From the IMG/VR virus record IMGVR_UViG_3300027690_000119, positions 1,622-65,621 of that record: a DNA stretch of 64,000 bases; one strand, written 5' to 3'. Shown here in pieces: positions 47,510 to 57,883 of this stretch. The notes under the pieces were generated by a model. The model did not search any database. It was given only the letters and a program-made list of their open reading frames with translations, and had not been told where the DNA came from. Position 1 is the stretch's first letter, and every line of letters begins with the position of its first letter. A program made the translations under genes and the position numbers. Source of the stretch: a virus.

Positions 47510-47868
47510 GGTGTCACACGATAAACAACCCCTTGTGACACCTAAAAATTGATTTAACTTCATGTTTTTATTTATTTTTTCCACAAAAAAACCGCCACTG
47601 TCACACGTCACAGCCCTAAGAAAGATACTTATAAATTTCTTTTTGATTTTTTGAACGCACACACAACCCGATGTCTTTCATTTTTTCGTTACATTTTTTC
47701 TACCGTATCTCTTTCCCTAAAATGGTGTGACAGCGTGACACGTCCCATCCCTCCTATACTAACTAACTAACTTATTATTATTATTATATTATTATTATAG
47801 GGGGGTGGTCCAAATTGTGACAGGCAGCCGTCACACAGCCCGTCACAACCCGTCACACTGTCACGCTT
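47510..47868. repeat. Putative replication origin: GTCAC(A)/(T)GTGAC iterons around an AT-rich tract
   Basis: About a dozen direct and inverted GTCAC copies flanking AT-rich DNA at 47545-47800, downstream of the primase. Confidence 0.6.
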
Positions 47869-48780
47869 CCCGCTGCCCTGTTTCAGTGGCCCCGCACCTT
47901 CTAAAGCTGAAGTTTCTTTCTTCATTTCCAAAGCCTTATACGAAAAGCCGCATTCAAAACATTCAAAAATCCCACGCGCTCCATATGGATGAGGGGGGAG
48001 GGAGTCCCGGTCCCCCGGTTTCCCTTTTCGGGTGTTTCGATCCCTGCATCCCACCGATCGCGCCGACGCGCACCTGGCCGCCCATCGATCGCGACGTCCA
48101 GGTACCAGGCAGGCCCTCCGCCCCGCTCCACAGAAAAGGAGGAGGTCTCCTCACCCCTGCTCCATGCCCCTGGACCACACCCGACAGCATCCCGCAGCGC
48201 CTCAGCCCAGCCGTCCATATCCCTCCCACCTCTCCCCATCTTTCCGCCATGTCGCCCCATTATCCCCTCAGTCAATCCCGATCTTCCACCGTCTGATGTC
48301 CGCCAAACCGCCATAACCCCCCCAACTGCCACAACAAACCGTTTATCATCACCTCCCCAACTTTTCCCGAATAGTTGAGGAGTCCCCTCTTGCTATTCCA
48401 CCACTTTCTCCTGGTGTTGAGTCTACCGCTCAGACCATTTTTCTCTTCAAATCCTTTCCTCCGCCGCTGGTTATCAAGCCCGAATGCCAGACCCTTCTTC
48501 CATCGGTCCACGTAATCCAGGACCACCCACCAACCATATTCCCAATTTCAACTCCCATCGCACCCCTCCATCGCAAAACCGCCACAAAAAACCCCGACCG
48601 CCTCCCTCCCTGTTATGGTTTTGCTCTATTTCGATCACTCTCCAGTATCAAATGCCACACTTACCAATTTTGTCTCATATCACCATGACGGTTTATCTTT
48701 TTAGAGGGTTGTCGTCGTTTTCCCTTTCGATATCGATGTTTTCAAAAATTGATCATTTTAAAAAAAGGGCACGGGAAAAA

Positions 48781-51666
48781 TTAAAACCCAAAAACCTGCC
48801 ATGGCAGCACTACCCCCCGAACACGCGACCCACCCAGCCTTAGCTGCCGAGCTTCCGCCCCAACGATTCTCAGCAGCATATCCCGGATATTCAGGCCCTG
48901 CCATTGCGTCCCTTTCAGGAGCGCCTTTACCACCGTGTCAGGATGCAGGAACAATCCGCCGTTGCCATCTACAGGCTTCAGGCCATGCGCTTCCAGCACC
49001 TTTCGCGGTTCTTCGGCAATCTGATGTTTGGCCACCATCAATTGTGACACCATCCGGGTCACGTAAACCGTCTTTGAAGACTCATAACCGTTTGTCCTCA
49101 GCTCTCCCTCTGTCTCCTCCGGTAAGCGTACCTGTGCCATCATGATGTCCTCGATTAACTTCTCCTCGTCCTCCAGGATGCCTCCCTGAAACCGCTCCCG
49201 CCACCCATTCAGATAATCGGTCAGCAATCTCGTCAAAGTCCCTATCCCGTCATTCGACGTCACAGCGATCATGGAGAACGGCACTGATAGCGACTCAATA
49301 AAGCGAGGATCATTCTCCCCGATCTTTCCCACCTTATCCAGCAGCTCACGAGCACGAAATGACGCCCACAGGACATAGGCCACAATTTTAGCCCGCATCT
49401 TGGCCGCATCCGAAATCTTAGGAATATATGGCTGCCGGTCACTCGACTTCTTTGTCTCAATTGTGAGATAGCGGCTATTTTCAGCAGCCCGATAAATGCC
49501 ACGCTCGATGCTGGCCAAAAAAACCATATGCCGCAACTTAGCTTCAACAGCCTTTTGACTACTCGACCCCTTACGGGTAATTCCCCCACGCCCGGCACTT
49601 CGGATATAATAGATGATCTGTTCCCGATGCTGGCTCTTCTCGATCTCGTCGATCGCCACTAACACTGAGTCACACCCAATGCTCTGCCGCAACCCCGGTT
49701 CCGTCAATGTCTGTCCTTCACACGGAAGCGCCAGACGCCCCCCAAGGGCGACCAGCAATTCCTTCATCACCGTTTTGCCACTCCCGGCCGTTCCGGTTAG
49801 CCATAAATGCGGCCGCCAGGCCCACATGCTTTGTAGATACTGCGCCAAATACCACCCGCAAATCAGCCACACGTCCAATTTCCCGGAAAACCCCCATTGG
49901 AAAAAAACAGCCATCAACTCGTCCAGAATATCTATCGCGATGGAATTGTCCATCCGCGCCAGAACGCTTACGACATCATCCATATTTACCCAATCATAGC
50001 CTTGCCGCCAGTCGATTAGCCGCCCCTCGATGACTGGATGCTCCCAGCGAACCAGACTCTTGCCATCCCACACCCATGCCCGGCCCCCTACTACCAGGAC
50101 CAGTTCATCCCCGTCCAAGCCATGGATTCCTTGCCCGATATATTCCGGGTTCCATAACTGCCGCTTCCCCGCCTGCACAATGATTCGCTTTTTAACGTCC
50201 GCAAATAATACTTGTCCTGCCGAGTACGATGCAGCAGACCGCGCAACCCTCGCCGCAACCTCCGCCCCGCCGATCTGCACCAATTTGTCTAAATTGAAAT
50301 CCTTCAGTGCCACAGAATAGAGCCTTTCGTTGATCTTCGACCACAGCAATATCCGCTCATCTTGCAACTCCCCCAGGACCTCAAATGAAGCAAATGTATA
50401 GGCGTCAGGATTTGAAGGCGGAGGCGGATTAGGCGCTCGTCCCTTCCCGCGCTCCCCTTTGCCAGGAGAGGCCCCCGCAGGCCCGGGAATCGGTTTGGCG
50501 ATCTTCCTGGCCGCCTTTTTCAGCCGCTCCAATTCTGCCTTCGGGTCTTCTGCCAACCGCAGGATATCGTCAATATCCGACTTGGCCCCGTCCTTACCAG
50601 GCGGGATCTCGATCACCCGCACATCCCCGCCCGAAGCCAGAAGCGTATTGGCATATATCCTTGTGTATCGCGCCCCAGCCCCCTCCGGCTTGTTAGGAGG
50701 CGGAGGATCGTTGTCGAACCCCAGATACCACGCCCGACCTTTAGCCACAGTCTTCAGCCGCTCCAGGATCGCAGGCTCGTTGTAGCTGGCAATAGTCGCC
50801 ATGCAATCCTCGTGGCCGCCCAGATCCATCACCGTGATCCGGTCATTCTCCCCCTCCACGATGATCACCGGCCCATCCTGATCCAGAACGTCCTGGCCGT
50901 AACAAAGCCATGCCACCGGCGCAAACCGCTTTTTGAGCTGCCATGGCCGCTTTTTTTCCGGGTCCTTGAGCGAAAAAAATTGAATCTTTCCCTGGCTCTC
51001 ATGCGGATAAACAAACACCCCGTTGGACACCGTAGCCCTCCACCCGGTCTTGTGCTCCTGGGCCAGTCCCACCGCCGCCAGTTCCTCCAGACTGACGCCC
51101 TTGTTTTTTGCATGAGCAATCAGATTGCCACCGCCCAGCCCTGCCTTTAGACGCTTTAGGATCTCCGGACTGTGCTTGCGCACGTCCACCTGGTACGACC
51201 AGGCCTTGCGGTCTTCCAGGAGGCGACCGTGGTAATACTCTGCCGCCATCCTGCGGACATCGCACGCCCGCTCCGGATCGATCTTCAGCACATCCTCCTC
51301 TACTTGCACCTTTTTATCAGTCTTCTGCTTCTGATCCGGCTCTCTGGCTACGCGCACACCGCCATCTTCCCCATCTAAAACCGGCATTCCCCGCTTGGCC
51401 GCAATGGACATGGCCGCTTCCAGGGGACTCCCCAGCTTGCGGTATTGTTGCTCAAACTCGATAACATCGCCGCCTTCTTTGCACGAAAAACACTTATAAA
51501 ATTGCTCCTTGTCATTAATCGTGAAACAGTCCTTGTGCCCACAAAAAGGACAGGGGTTGAGGCGCCACGATCCGCTACCGGCTCGTCGCGCCTCCCCCCC
51601 TGTCTCCAGCTCAATATATGATGTAATCTCAACCAGGTCTTTCACCCGGTCAAACAATCCAGCCAT
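48781..51666 (-). CDS. Primase-helicase (CHC2 zinc finger, TOPRIM, P-loop ATPase)
   Basis: CPFCGHKDC...CFSC; VEGEND, GFDND; WLTGTAGSGKT, AIDEIE. Confidence 0.9.
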   Translation of the reverse strand: MAGLFDRVKDLVEITSYIELETGGEARRAGSGSWRLNPCPFCGHKDCFTINDKEQFYKCFSCKEGGDVIEFEQQYRKLGSPLEAAMSIAAKRGMPVLDGEDGGVRVAREPDQKQKTDKKVQVEEDVLKIDPERACDVRRMAAEYYHGRLLEDRKAWSYQVDVRKHSPEILKRLKAGLGGGNLIAHAKNKGVSLEELAAVGLAQEHKTGWRATVSNGVFVYPHESQGKIQFFSLKDPEKKRPWQLKKRFAPVAWLCYGQDVLDQDGPVIIVEGENDRITVMDLGGHEDCMATIASYNEPAILERLKTVAKGRAWYLGFDNDPPPPNKPEGAGARYTRIYANTLLASGGDVRVIEIPPGKDGAKSDIDDILRLAEDPKAELERLKKAARKIAKPIPGPAGASPGKGERGKGRAPNPPPPSNPDAYTFASFEVLGELQDERILLWSKINERLYSVALKDFNLDKLVQIGGAEVAARVARSAASYSAGQVLFADVKKRIIVQAGKRQLWNPEYIGQGIHGLDGDELVLVVGGRAWVWDGKSLVRWEHPVIEGRLIDWRQGYDWVNMDDVVSVLARMDNSIAIDILDELMAVFFQWGFSGKLDVWLICGWYLAQYLQSMWAWRPHLWLTGTAGSGKTVMKELLVALGGRLALPCEGQTLTEPGLRQSIGCDSVLVAIDEIEKSQHREQIIYYIRSAGRGGITRKGSSSQKAVEAKLRHMVFLASIERGIYRAAENSRYLTIETKKSSDRQPYIPKISDAAKMRAKIVAYVLWASFRARELLDKVGKIGENDPRFIESLSVPFSMIAVTSNDGIGTLTRLLTDYLNGWRERFQGGILEDEEKLIEDIMMAQVRLPEETEGELRTNGYESSKTVYVTRMVSQLMVAKHQIAEEPRKVLEAHGLKPVDGNGGLFLHPDTVVKALLKGTQWQGLNIRDMLLRIVGAEARQLRLGGSRVRGVVLPWQVFGF

Positions 51667-51682
51667 GCATGCCTCACGTCAG

Positions 51683-52267
51683 CTATAACTCGTTCTGATA
51701 TACGTCCCTGATCTCTTCCGGCTGGATGCAAAGGTAATCCAAGGTCTGACGTTGCGAGGAGTGGTTGAAGCACACCATCAACCGGGGAAGATCCACCCCG
51801 AACGTCACCCTCTGATGATATCCCCACGTCTTGCGCAATGTATGGCTGCCATAATTCCCCTTCAGGTTGATCTCCCGGCACCAGCTCTTCACCATGTTGT
51901 TGACAGTGCTCACGGTCAACGGTCCACGTTGGCCCACAAACAGAAAGTCCTGATCGTCTCTATCGTCTGCCGCCAGGAGAGACTGTATCGACCCCACGGC
52001 CGCTCCATTAAGCGTCACCTTGCGTGCCTTCCCGGTCTTTTTTTCCCGAATCTCAATCGTCTCTCCGGCCATCACATGCCGCACCTGGCCTACCCGCAGG
52101 CCCAACAGATCCGAGGCCCGCAGATTGGTGTTGATGCCGAGCACAAAGAGACACAGGTCCCGCGGTTTGTCTGCCAGCAATCGCTTAATGAGCCGGATAT
52201 CCTTCAGATCCCGGATCGGCTCCACCTTGATCACATCCCCCGCCTTCGGATGATTCCCGTTTTTCAT
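51683..52267 (-). CDS. Short tyrosine recombinase (resolvase-like)
   Basis: LRASDLL, HTLRKTWGY, NHSS...TLDY catalytic residues; no arm-binding domain. Confidence 0.9.
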   Translation of the reverse strand: MKNGNHPKAGDVIKVEPIRDLKDIRLIKRLLADKPRDLCLFVLGINTNLRASDLLGLRVGQVRHVMAGETIEIREKKTGKARKVTLNGAAVGSIQSLLAADDRDDQDFLFVGQRGPLTVSTVNNMVKSWCREINLKGNYGSHTLRKTWGYHQRVTFGVDLPRLMVCFNHSSQRQTLDYLCIQPEEIRDVYQNEL

Positions 52268-52763
52268 CGTTCGCCTCCTTGTTTGGCTTTAGTTCTACAA
52301 CCAGAATCTCAAATTGCTGAATCCACAATTTAAAACGCAAATCCACCCTCTTCTGAAAAGCCAGATCCACATCCCGCCGCCCGTCTGCCACCAGACGGCC
52401 CGGGCACGGCCTCATCCAGTAAATCTGATCATACGTCGCCATCCAGGCCAGGGCCGGATCCAGATAATCTTGCACCACGCCACCCATCCCTGCCACCGCC
52501 GCATACACCAGACTGTCCATAGCGGTCCGGTCGCAGATGACGATCTCCGCCCTGGCCGAGGCCTCCAACTCCATCAGCATATGCCGATGGTAAATCCACC
52601 GCTGGCTCTCCTCTGTGGTCTCCTGGTTGATCGGCCACTCACATGACCTGGCCACCTCCGTCACCATGGCCACATTCCGCTCATGCGCCCCCAGGCTCTT
52701 CTCCAGCGCCCGCGCCAGCGTCGTCTTACCCGTCCCATGAGCTCCCATGATTCCTATTTTCAT
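52185..52763 (-). CDS. AAA_28/NadR-like P-loop kinase/ATPase
   Basis: KIGIMGAHGTGKTTL, ICDRTAMDSLVY. Confidence 0.8.
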   Translation of the reverse strand: MKIGIMGAHGTGKTTLARALEKSLGAHERNVAMVTEVARSCEWPINQETTEESQRWIYHRHMLMELEASARAEIVICDRTAMDSLVYAAVAGMGGVVQDYLDPALAWMATYDQIYWMRPCPGRLVADGRRDVDLAFQKRVDLRFKLWIQQFEILVVELKPNKEANDEKRESSEGGGCDQGGADPGSEGYPAH

Positions 52764-52787
52764 AAAGCCTCCATTAAGCCTGACGCC

Positions 52788-53075
52788 TCACAGTATTTCC
52801 TTCGTTCCTTGAACTACAATGGCATCCTCCGAATTTACGCAAACCCGAACCGCTGTGTATCCCTGCCTGTGCAGCTCTGACAGCCAGCGCATTTTGATTT
52901 TTTTGATCCGGGAACACTCCTGCTGATATTCTGTCTCGTTCATAGGGTTCGGCATAGCGACATCCAGGAGCATGTTCAACATATAATTTGGCAGCCCGAT
53001 AACCCGCCATTTCGTTGGCTGCACAAACTCATCCCCTGTGTCGAAGGCCGTTGGCCCGGTAAATAAAAAGATCAT
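52788..53075 (-). CDS. Hypothetical protein
   Basis: 95 aa, overlaps the upstream stop. Confidence 0.55.
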   Translation of the reverse strand: MIFLFTGPTAFDTGDEFVQPTKWRVIGLPNYMLNMLLDVAMPNPMNETEYQQECSRIKKIKMRWLSELHRQGYTAVRVCVNSEDAIVVQGTKEIL

Positions 53076-53503
53076 TTTATGTAGCCCAGCATCCTCATCC
53101 GATAAACCAAGCGCTTCAAAAATTGCTTAGGAATCTCCACCGGCTCCCGGTCTATTCGTTCATTGGGGTCGCCACGCTGCGCCGTCTTCTTTCCGACTTC
53201 AACGCCGACGCTCCTCACAAAGTTCCGATACTGTTCGGGGGTCAGGTCCTCCAACAGCTTCGCCTCTTTCAACTCTTTCGGCAACTCGTCCCTGTTGGCA
53301 AACACGCCGGTCAGGTGGAATCCTGGACACGTCCCGTCGTCGAGGGCAAAGCGAAATGAAGCGATGAAATTTATAACTTTGGCTACAGTGATGGTTTCGT
53401 AGATCGATACTTCACAGCCCAAGCCATCTCTGATCCTCAAATGAAACTCGTCCCCTGGCTCCAACCACGTTGATTTATTATTCAGGCTCGTAATTACAAT
53501 CAT
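53072..53503 (-). CDS. AT-rich hypothetical gene preceded by a 9-mer array
   Basis: 143 aa; repeat at 53533-53559. Confidence 0.6.
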   Translation of the reverse strand: MIVITSLNNKSTWLEPGDEFHLRIRDGLGCEVSIYETITVAKVINFIASFRFALDDGTCPGFHLTGVFANRDELPKELKEAKLLEDLTPEQYRNFVRSVGVEVGKKTAQRGDPNERIDREPVEIPKQFLKRLVYRMRMLGYIK

Positions 53504-53513
53504 GCGGCCCTCC

Positions 53514-53735
53514 CTATTTATTTTGATTCCCTCTCTGTGTCTCCGTGCCTCTGTGTGAGACCATTTTCCGTGCCAGCCATAGCGGGACTACTACCGCGCC
53601 GGGGATCCACTCGCAGTCGTCATACGGAAGATATGCCTTCCTGCCGTCCCTGAAGGTCACGGGCACTCCGCCGCCAGGAGTCATGTCCCCCACATCCTCA
53701 ATCCTTAGCAATATGTCAGGTCCTGGCCTTGGCAT
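53514..53735 (-). CDS. Hypothetical protein with repeat-encoded C-terminus (MVSHRGTETQR)
   Basis: MPRPGPDILLRIEDVG..., 73 aa. Confidence 0.55.
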   Translation of the reverse strand: MPRPGPDILLRIEDVGDMTPGGGVPVTFRDGRKAYLPYDDCEWIPGAVVVPLWLARKMVSHRGTETQRGNQNK

Positions 53736-53746
53736 ATCATCCCCTG

Positions 53747-54076
53747 TTATCCCTTCGGCCGGTACACCTTCCCATTCACCGGATTCACAAGAAGCGCCTG
53801 CTGCTCGTCTTGCTTCGCCGTCAACCGGATTCTCCGCTGTCTCCGCTTGGCCGGTGCAGGCAGAAACGGTATATCCAAGAGTCCATTGATCCACCGGTCC
53901 AGCACTTCAGTATGATACAGCCGTGTCCGGTTGTCCCCGCCATGCGGCAAATCCACTGCCACCGCCCGATCATCAAACATGCTCCGCGAGATCCCGCAGT
54001 ACGCCGCCGCCTCCTCGATCCGCAACCACGGCGACCTCACTACCTTTCGCCCATCCTCAAAGACTACCTCGCGCAT
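53747..54076 (-). CDS. Excisionase/AlpA-like HTH protein
   Basis: SPWLRIEEAAAYCGISRSMF. Confidence 0.75.
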   Translation of the reverse strand: MREVVFEDGRKVVRSPWLRIEEAAAYCGISRSMFDDRAVAVDLPHGGDNRTRLYHTEVLDRWINGLLDIPFLPAPAKRRQRRIRLTAKQDEQQALLVNPVNGKVYRPKG

Positions 54077-54202
54077 AGCTTCTGCCTCTTTTCCATGAGC
54101 CGCGCTTCCGCCGCGATATCCCGCTTTGCCAAGTGGGATGGATGCCCCGTATTTCCGCGCAGACCCGCCCACATCGCCGCCCGCCGCGCCGCCCGTGCCC
54201 GC

Positions 54203-54448
54203 TTACTCCTCTGCGTTTTGCCCATGTCTGCACTCCCGAACGATCAGCAATGTCGCCGGGCTCACGAGCCAAAACAACTTGAAGATCAAGATGCCCACCC
54301 ATGTTCCAGTCACATCCATCACCCATCGCATCAACGGATTCGCTTCATACGCGCCCAGGTCCAGAAGCAGCTTTGTCTGATGCCCATCGACAACGGAATA
54401 CGCAAAAATAGCGGCATACAGCAGCCAAACCACCACCATGTTCTTCAT
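54203..54448 (-). CDS. DUF5658-like membrane protein
   Basis: VDGHQTKLLLDLGAYEANPLMRWV with flanking TM helices. Confidence 0.7.
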   Translation of the reverse strand: MKNMVVVWLLYAAIFAYSVVDGHQTKLLLDLGAYEANPLMRWVMDVTGTWVGILIFKLFWLVSPATLLIVRECRHGQNAEE

Positions 54449-54692
54449 GGCCCACCCCTCAATTAAAGGACAACCAAATGGCGAGCGTCGGCCCAATGCA
54501 CATCCAGCATCCCGGCCCAAGGATGCCCACCAAAATCACCTTACCGCCCGGATACATCTGTGCCATCGCCGTCATCCTCCCGCCACCGCCAGGTAATGCC
54601 ACGCATAGCCGAACGCTGTCCCGGCCACAAAAACCAGCAAAGCCACAATAAACCGCTTCAACATGATTCCTTCCATGACATCTCTCCCATCT

Positions 54693-56330
54693 CTACTTTT
54701 CGAGGATCTCCGCCGGCACCACCCCGGCCAGGTCCACCCCGGACTCCAGGAATATCCGTTTCAACTCTCCTTTTTTGCAGGACTTGAAGTTCCCTCGTTT
54801 TTTGAGGAGCTTCTCATACAGGAAGGTATGGGCCGCCGCCTGCTCGAATACCTTGAACTCCTCCGCGATCGCCAGGATCTCGCCGATGGTCTTTTTGTTC
54901 AAATACTCCTCTGTGATCCGCCATTCCTCCTGGAGGGATATCCCGATGTGCTCCGCGATCTCGCGCCGGGACTTGGCGTCATATTGATCCTGCATGATCA
55001 CGCGGATTGCGGCCTCACTTAATTCGGCCGCTGCGTCCACATCCTGCATGCCGGAGATCTCCTGCCATATTCCATCCAGCTCACTATATATGGCGTCACG
55101 TCCCTTATTATGTTTCTGAAAAAACCATTCCCGAAGATTGTGATTTGATTTAAGGACCGCAAACAGCTCTATGCGGGCCGTGACACGCCCCGCCAGCCGT
55201 TTAGGCAGCTCGGTTTCAAAAAACTGTTCCCGGAAGTACTCCCCATGCCAGGAAGGGGGTCTGCGCGTTTCGGTTTCCCCCGGCGACGCAGCGGACCCCT
55301 TGCTGCCGGATGTGGATGCCTGCGCCTGAAAACACGCCTTGTCGCCGATGCAGACCTTTCCGTTACCGAACGAGACCGATCCGTCCAGCTCGATCAGGGT
55401 CACGAAGCTCTTGCAGGCCAGGCATTTGGCTTTCGGGTTATGGTGGAATATTTCAAAATCATTCCAGTTCACGTCCCCTGCAAACCGGAATCCGTTGGTC
55501 TTGTGCTGCTTCCGGTACCCGGTCCTTCCCCAGTGGGCAATGAGCCAGTTGTTCTGGTGTTTTTTGAAGCAGGCCGGATCCAGGCAGTGGGCGCCTTTCA
55601 GGTCTTCGGGTTCGAACAGCGTCTTCTGCACGTCGCTGTTCTGCTGGCAGGCCGGACACCCGGCCTTTTCCAGGTTGAACCTGGCGGATTTGAGTGCCGG
55701 TGCGTCCCGGTTGATCTCCTCCCGCAGCCGCCGGACCGAATACCCGCCTCGCCAATGCAGGACCTCCTGGGTTCGTTTGGCGATCTCTTTGGGATTGCTC
55801 AACCGGGAAAGCTGCTCAAGGTGCCCGTATTTGAGTTCGCCCGATTCCCACGCCTTGAGGGTCTTTTTGGGAAGGCCCAGCACGGCCACGCGCCGGCGGA
55901 TATACCTTTGGTTAATGCCGGTTCGCTCGGCAAGCTCAGGCAGGGCGTCCATACCACGCCTATCCAAATAGGTTTTGAATCCTTCGGCCTCTTCCAGTTC
56001 GCTCAGGTCCTCCCGGTGAAGGTTTTCGATGCACATGAGATCGAACGCCTCATCGTCCGACAGCTCTCGGACCATGGCCGGGATGCGCTGCCCGTTCAAC
56101 CCGCCCGAGGCCTCGGCCGCGGCCAGACTCGCCCGGTACCGGCGCTCGCCGGCCACGATCTCCAGGGTATTGTCTTCCACCGGCCGCGCCAAGATCGGCT
56201 CGATCACCCCTTTTTGCTTGACCGACGCCACCAGCTCGTCGAACCGCGGCCCCTCGAACCGCTTGCGCGGGTTCAGCGGGCTCGGCCGCAGCCGCGACAG
56301 CTCCACCTCCTGATAAACACCATTATCCAT
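54693..56330 (-). CDS. ParB/RepB/Spo0J-family protein with long C-terminal extension
   Basis: LRPSPLNPRKRF, ELVASVKQKGVIEPIL, IVAGERRYRA, ENLHREDL. Confidence 0.9.
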   Translation of the reverse strand: MDNGVYQEVELSRLRPSPLNPRKRFEGPRFDELVASVKQKGVIEPILARPVEDNTLEIVAGERRYRASLAAAEASGGLNGQRIPAMVRELSDDEAFDLMCIENLHREDLSELEEAEGFKTYLDRRGMDALPELAERTGINQRYIRRRVAVLGLPKKTLKAWESGELKYGHLEQLSRLSNPKEIAKRTQEVLHWRGGYSVRRLREEINRDAPALKSARFNLEKAGCPACQQNSDVQKTLFEPEDLKGAHCLDPACFKKHQNNWLIAHWGRTGYRKQHKTNGFRFAGDVNWNDFEIFHHNPKAKCLACKSFVTLIELDGSVSFGNGKVCIGDKACFQAQASTSGSKGSAASPGETETRRPPSWHGEYFREQFFETELPKRLAGRVTARIELFAVLKSNHNLREWFFQKHNKGRDAIYSELDGIWQEISGMQDVDAAAELSEAAIRVIMQDQYDAKSRREIAEHIGISLQEEWRITEEYLNKKTIGEILAIAEEFKVFEQAAAHTFLYEKLLKKRGNFKSCKKGELKRIFLESGVDLAGVVPAEILEK

Positions 56331-56493
56331 CCCTTATCCTCCTCTTATTGAAGTGCTTTATCTTGTGTCCACCGTGACACAAATTAAACTTACTTCAACT
56401 CATTCTTACGCCCCCTTTTATGAGATTTCTTGTCTATCTCCTCGAAATCATTCAGGTGCACCGAAGTAATCCCTTGATAATCCCTCGGTAGTA

Positions 56494-56537
56494 CCTCCGT
56501 CCTCCCTTGGTCATCCCTCCGTCCTCCCTTGGTCATC
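56494..56537. repeat. Perfect 22-bp tandem duplication upstream of parB
   Basis: CCTCCGTCCTCCCTTGGTCATC x2 plus a partial third copy. Confidence 0.8.
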
Positions 56538-56576
56538 CCCCTGTCCTCCCCAGGTAATACCGACACGGCAAAAAAA

Positions 56577-56846
56577 TTATGGTAAGCCTTCCAATAAGGC
56601 GATAACCGCCTTCTGATATTTCTTGAGTTTGGTTTCCTGGTCGTAGAATTGACGGTAAAAAATGGCGGCATTGCGCAGGTATTCAGAGAGGGATAAATCG
56701 TGGCTAAAGCAAAAATCTCTCAGCTCAGCCTTCATGGAATCTTTAAACTTGACAGTTGTAGGAGTGGTCTCGGATTCTCCGGACGGATCGCTGAAATTGT
56801 TTACAACCACCTTCCCGTTGACCGTCTCAAACATGGTTTGCTGCAT
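56577..56846 (-). CDS. RHH-like DNA-binding protein
   Basis: TTVKFKDSMKAELRDFC...LSLSEYLRNA. Confidence 0.6.
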   Translation of the reverse strand: MQQTMFETVNGKVVVNNFSDPSGESETTPTTVKFKDSMKAELRDFCFSHDLSLSEYLRNAAIFYRQFYDQETKLKKYQKAVIALLEGLP

Positions 56847-56857
56847 TGCATACCTCG

Positions 56858-57145
56858 CTATTCCGGAAACAATTGGCCTACCTCCAATCTCAATTTCTCA
56901 GACAGGGCAGCCATAACGTCCTGGTTCACCCTTCGGCCCGCAATGGTATTGGAGGCCGTCACCACGCTGACCTTGCCGTCAGACAGATCTTTCAGCTTGA
57001 TTTCATTGAGATCCATCAGCGCTTTGCGGATCCCGGGCAAAGAAAAGCCGTTCTGGACCATGCAGTCCAGAACCGCCTCGTTTTTGTTTTCGGCTTGAAA
57101 ACTTTTTAACTTTGTGCTATTGATAATGTGTTTAAATAGTTTCAT
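56858..57145 (-). CDS. Cro-like HTH regulator
   Basis: IKLKDLSDG...ASNTIAGRRVNQDVMAALSEKL; divergent from the CI-like gene. Confidence 0.6.
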   Translation of the reverse strand: MKLFKHIINSTKLKSFQAENKNEAVLDCMVQNGFSLPGIRKALMDLNEIKLKDLSDGKVSVVTASNTIAGRRVNQDVMAALSEKLRLEVGQLFPE

Positions 57146-57236
57146 TTTTAGAGATCCCTTTAAAAACTATTCTCTTGGCCGTTAATTGTTTACCCAGGCT
57201 GTTATTACCAACAGATGTAATTCAGGATAAGGATAC

Positions 57237-57776
57237 ATGTCAAGAAAAAAATATCCTCAAAGCGAAGATAGTTTAGGCGGTAGGTTGCGGATCTATCGCG
57301 AGACACATCACAAGACCATAACTGAATTCGCAAAACTGCTTGAAATATCTCAAGGTTCATTGTCGGATCTCGAAAATAACAAGACCAAACCCTCTTCAAT
57401 CCCCCTCGGAAATATTATTCATAAAACGGATATCAGCGTCTATTGGCTCTATATGGGTATTGGAGATATGACAAGGACGGAGGCTGAAATCAGGGGGCAG
57501 GCACCCGAACTGGGACCGACAGATCCGACGATCAGGATGCTTCTCGAATCCGCGCGAGGGGTCCTCGAAAGCGGCAATCAGCCGATAGCCGATTCCATGG
57601 CAAGGTCCATTCGGTATTTTGAGAAAACCTTGGAGGCCGACACGCGCACCGCTGCCCTTGAGAAAAAACTTGACCAGGTAATTGAAGAGGTGAAAAACTT
57701 GAGGAAAGAAATCAAAACCCAGGATCACCCGGAGGAGGAACAGGCTGGGGAAACTACAGGCGCAGCGGCAGCATAA
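57237..57776 (+). CDS. CI-like XRE repressor without S24 peptidase domain
   Basis: TITEFAKLLEISQGSLSDLENNKTKPS HTH; C-terminus is a coiled coil. Confidence 0.85.
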   Translation: MSRKKYPQSEDSLGGRLRIYRETHHKTITEFAKLLEISQGSLSDLENNKTKPSSIPLGNIIHKTDISVYWLYMGIGDMTRTEAEIRGQAPELGPTDPTIRMLLESARGVLESGNQPIADSMARSIRYFEKTLEADTRTAALEKKLDQVIEEVKNLRKEIKTQDHPEEEQAGETTGAAAA

Positions 57777-57883
57777 AACAACCGCCCGGCCTTATCCTCT
57801 GCCTCTGCGCCAATGACCATGCGTATGAGAATTATCAGGAGATAGGCTGGTCGCGATTCCTCTGGGATTGGAAACAGAGCCAA

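Noticed and set aside
47767-48780. Several overlapping short ORFs between ori and primase
   Set aside because: Conflicting frames, no motifs and no clear RBS; none could be preferred.
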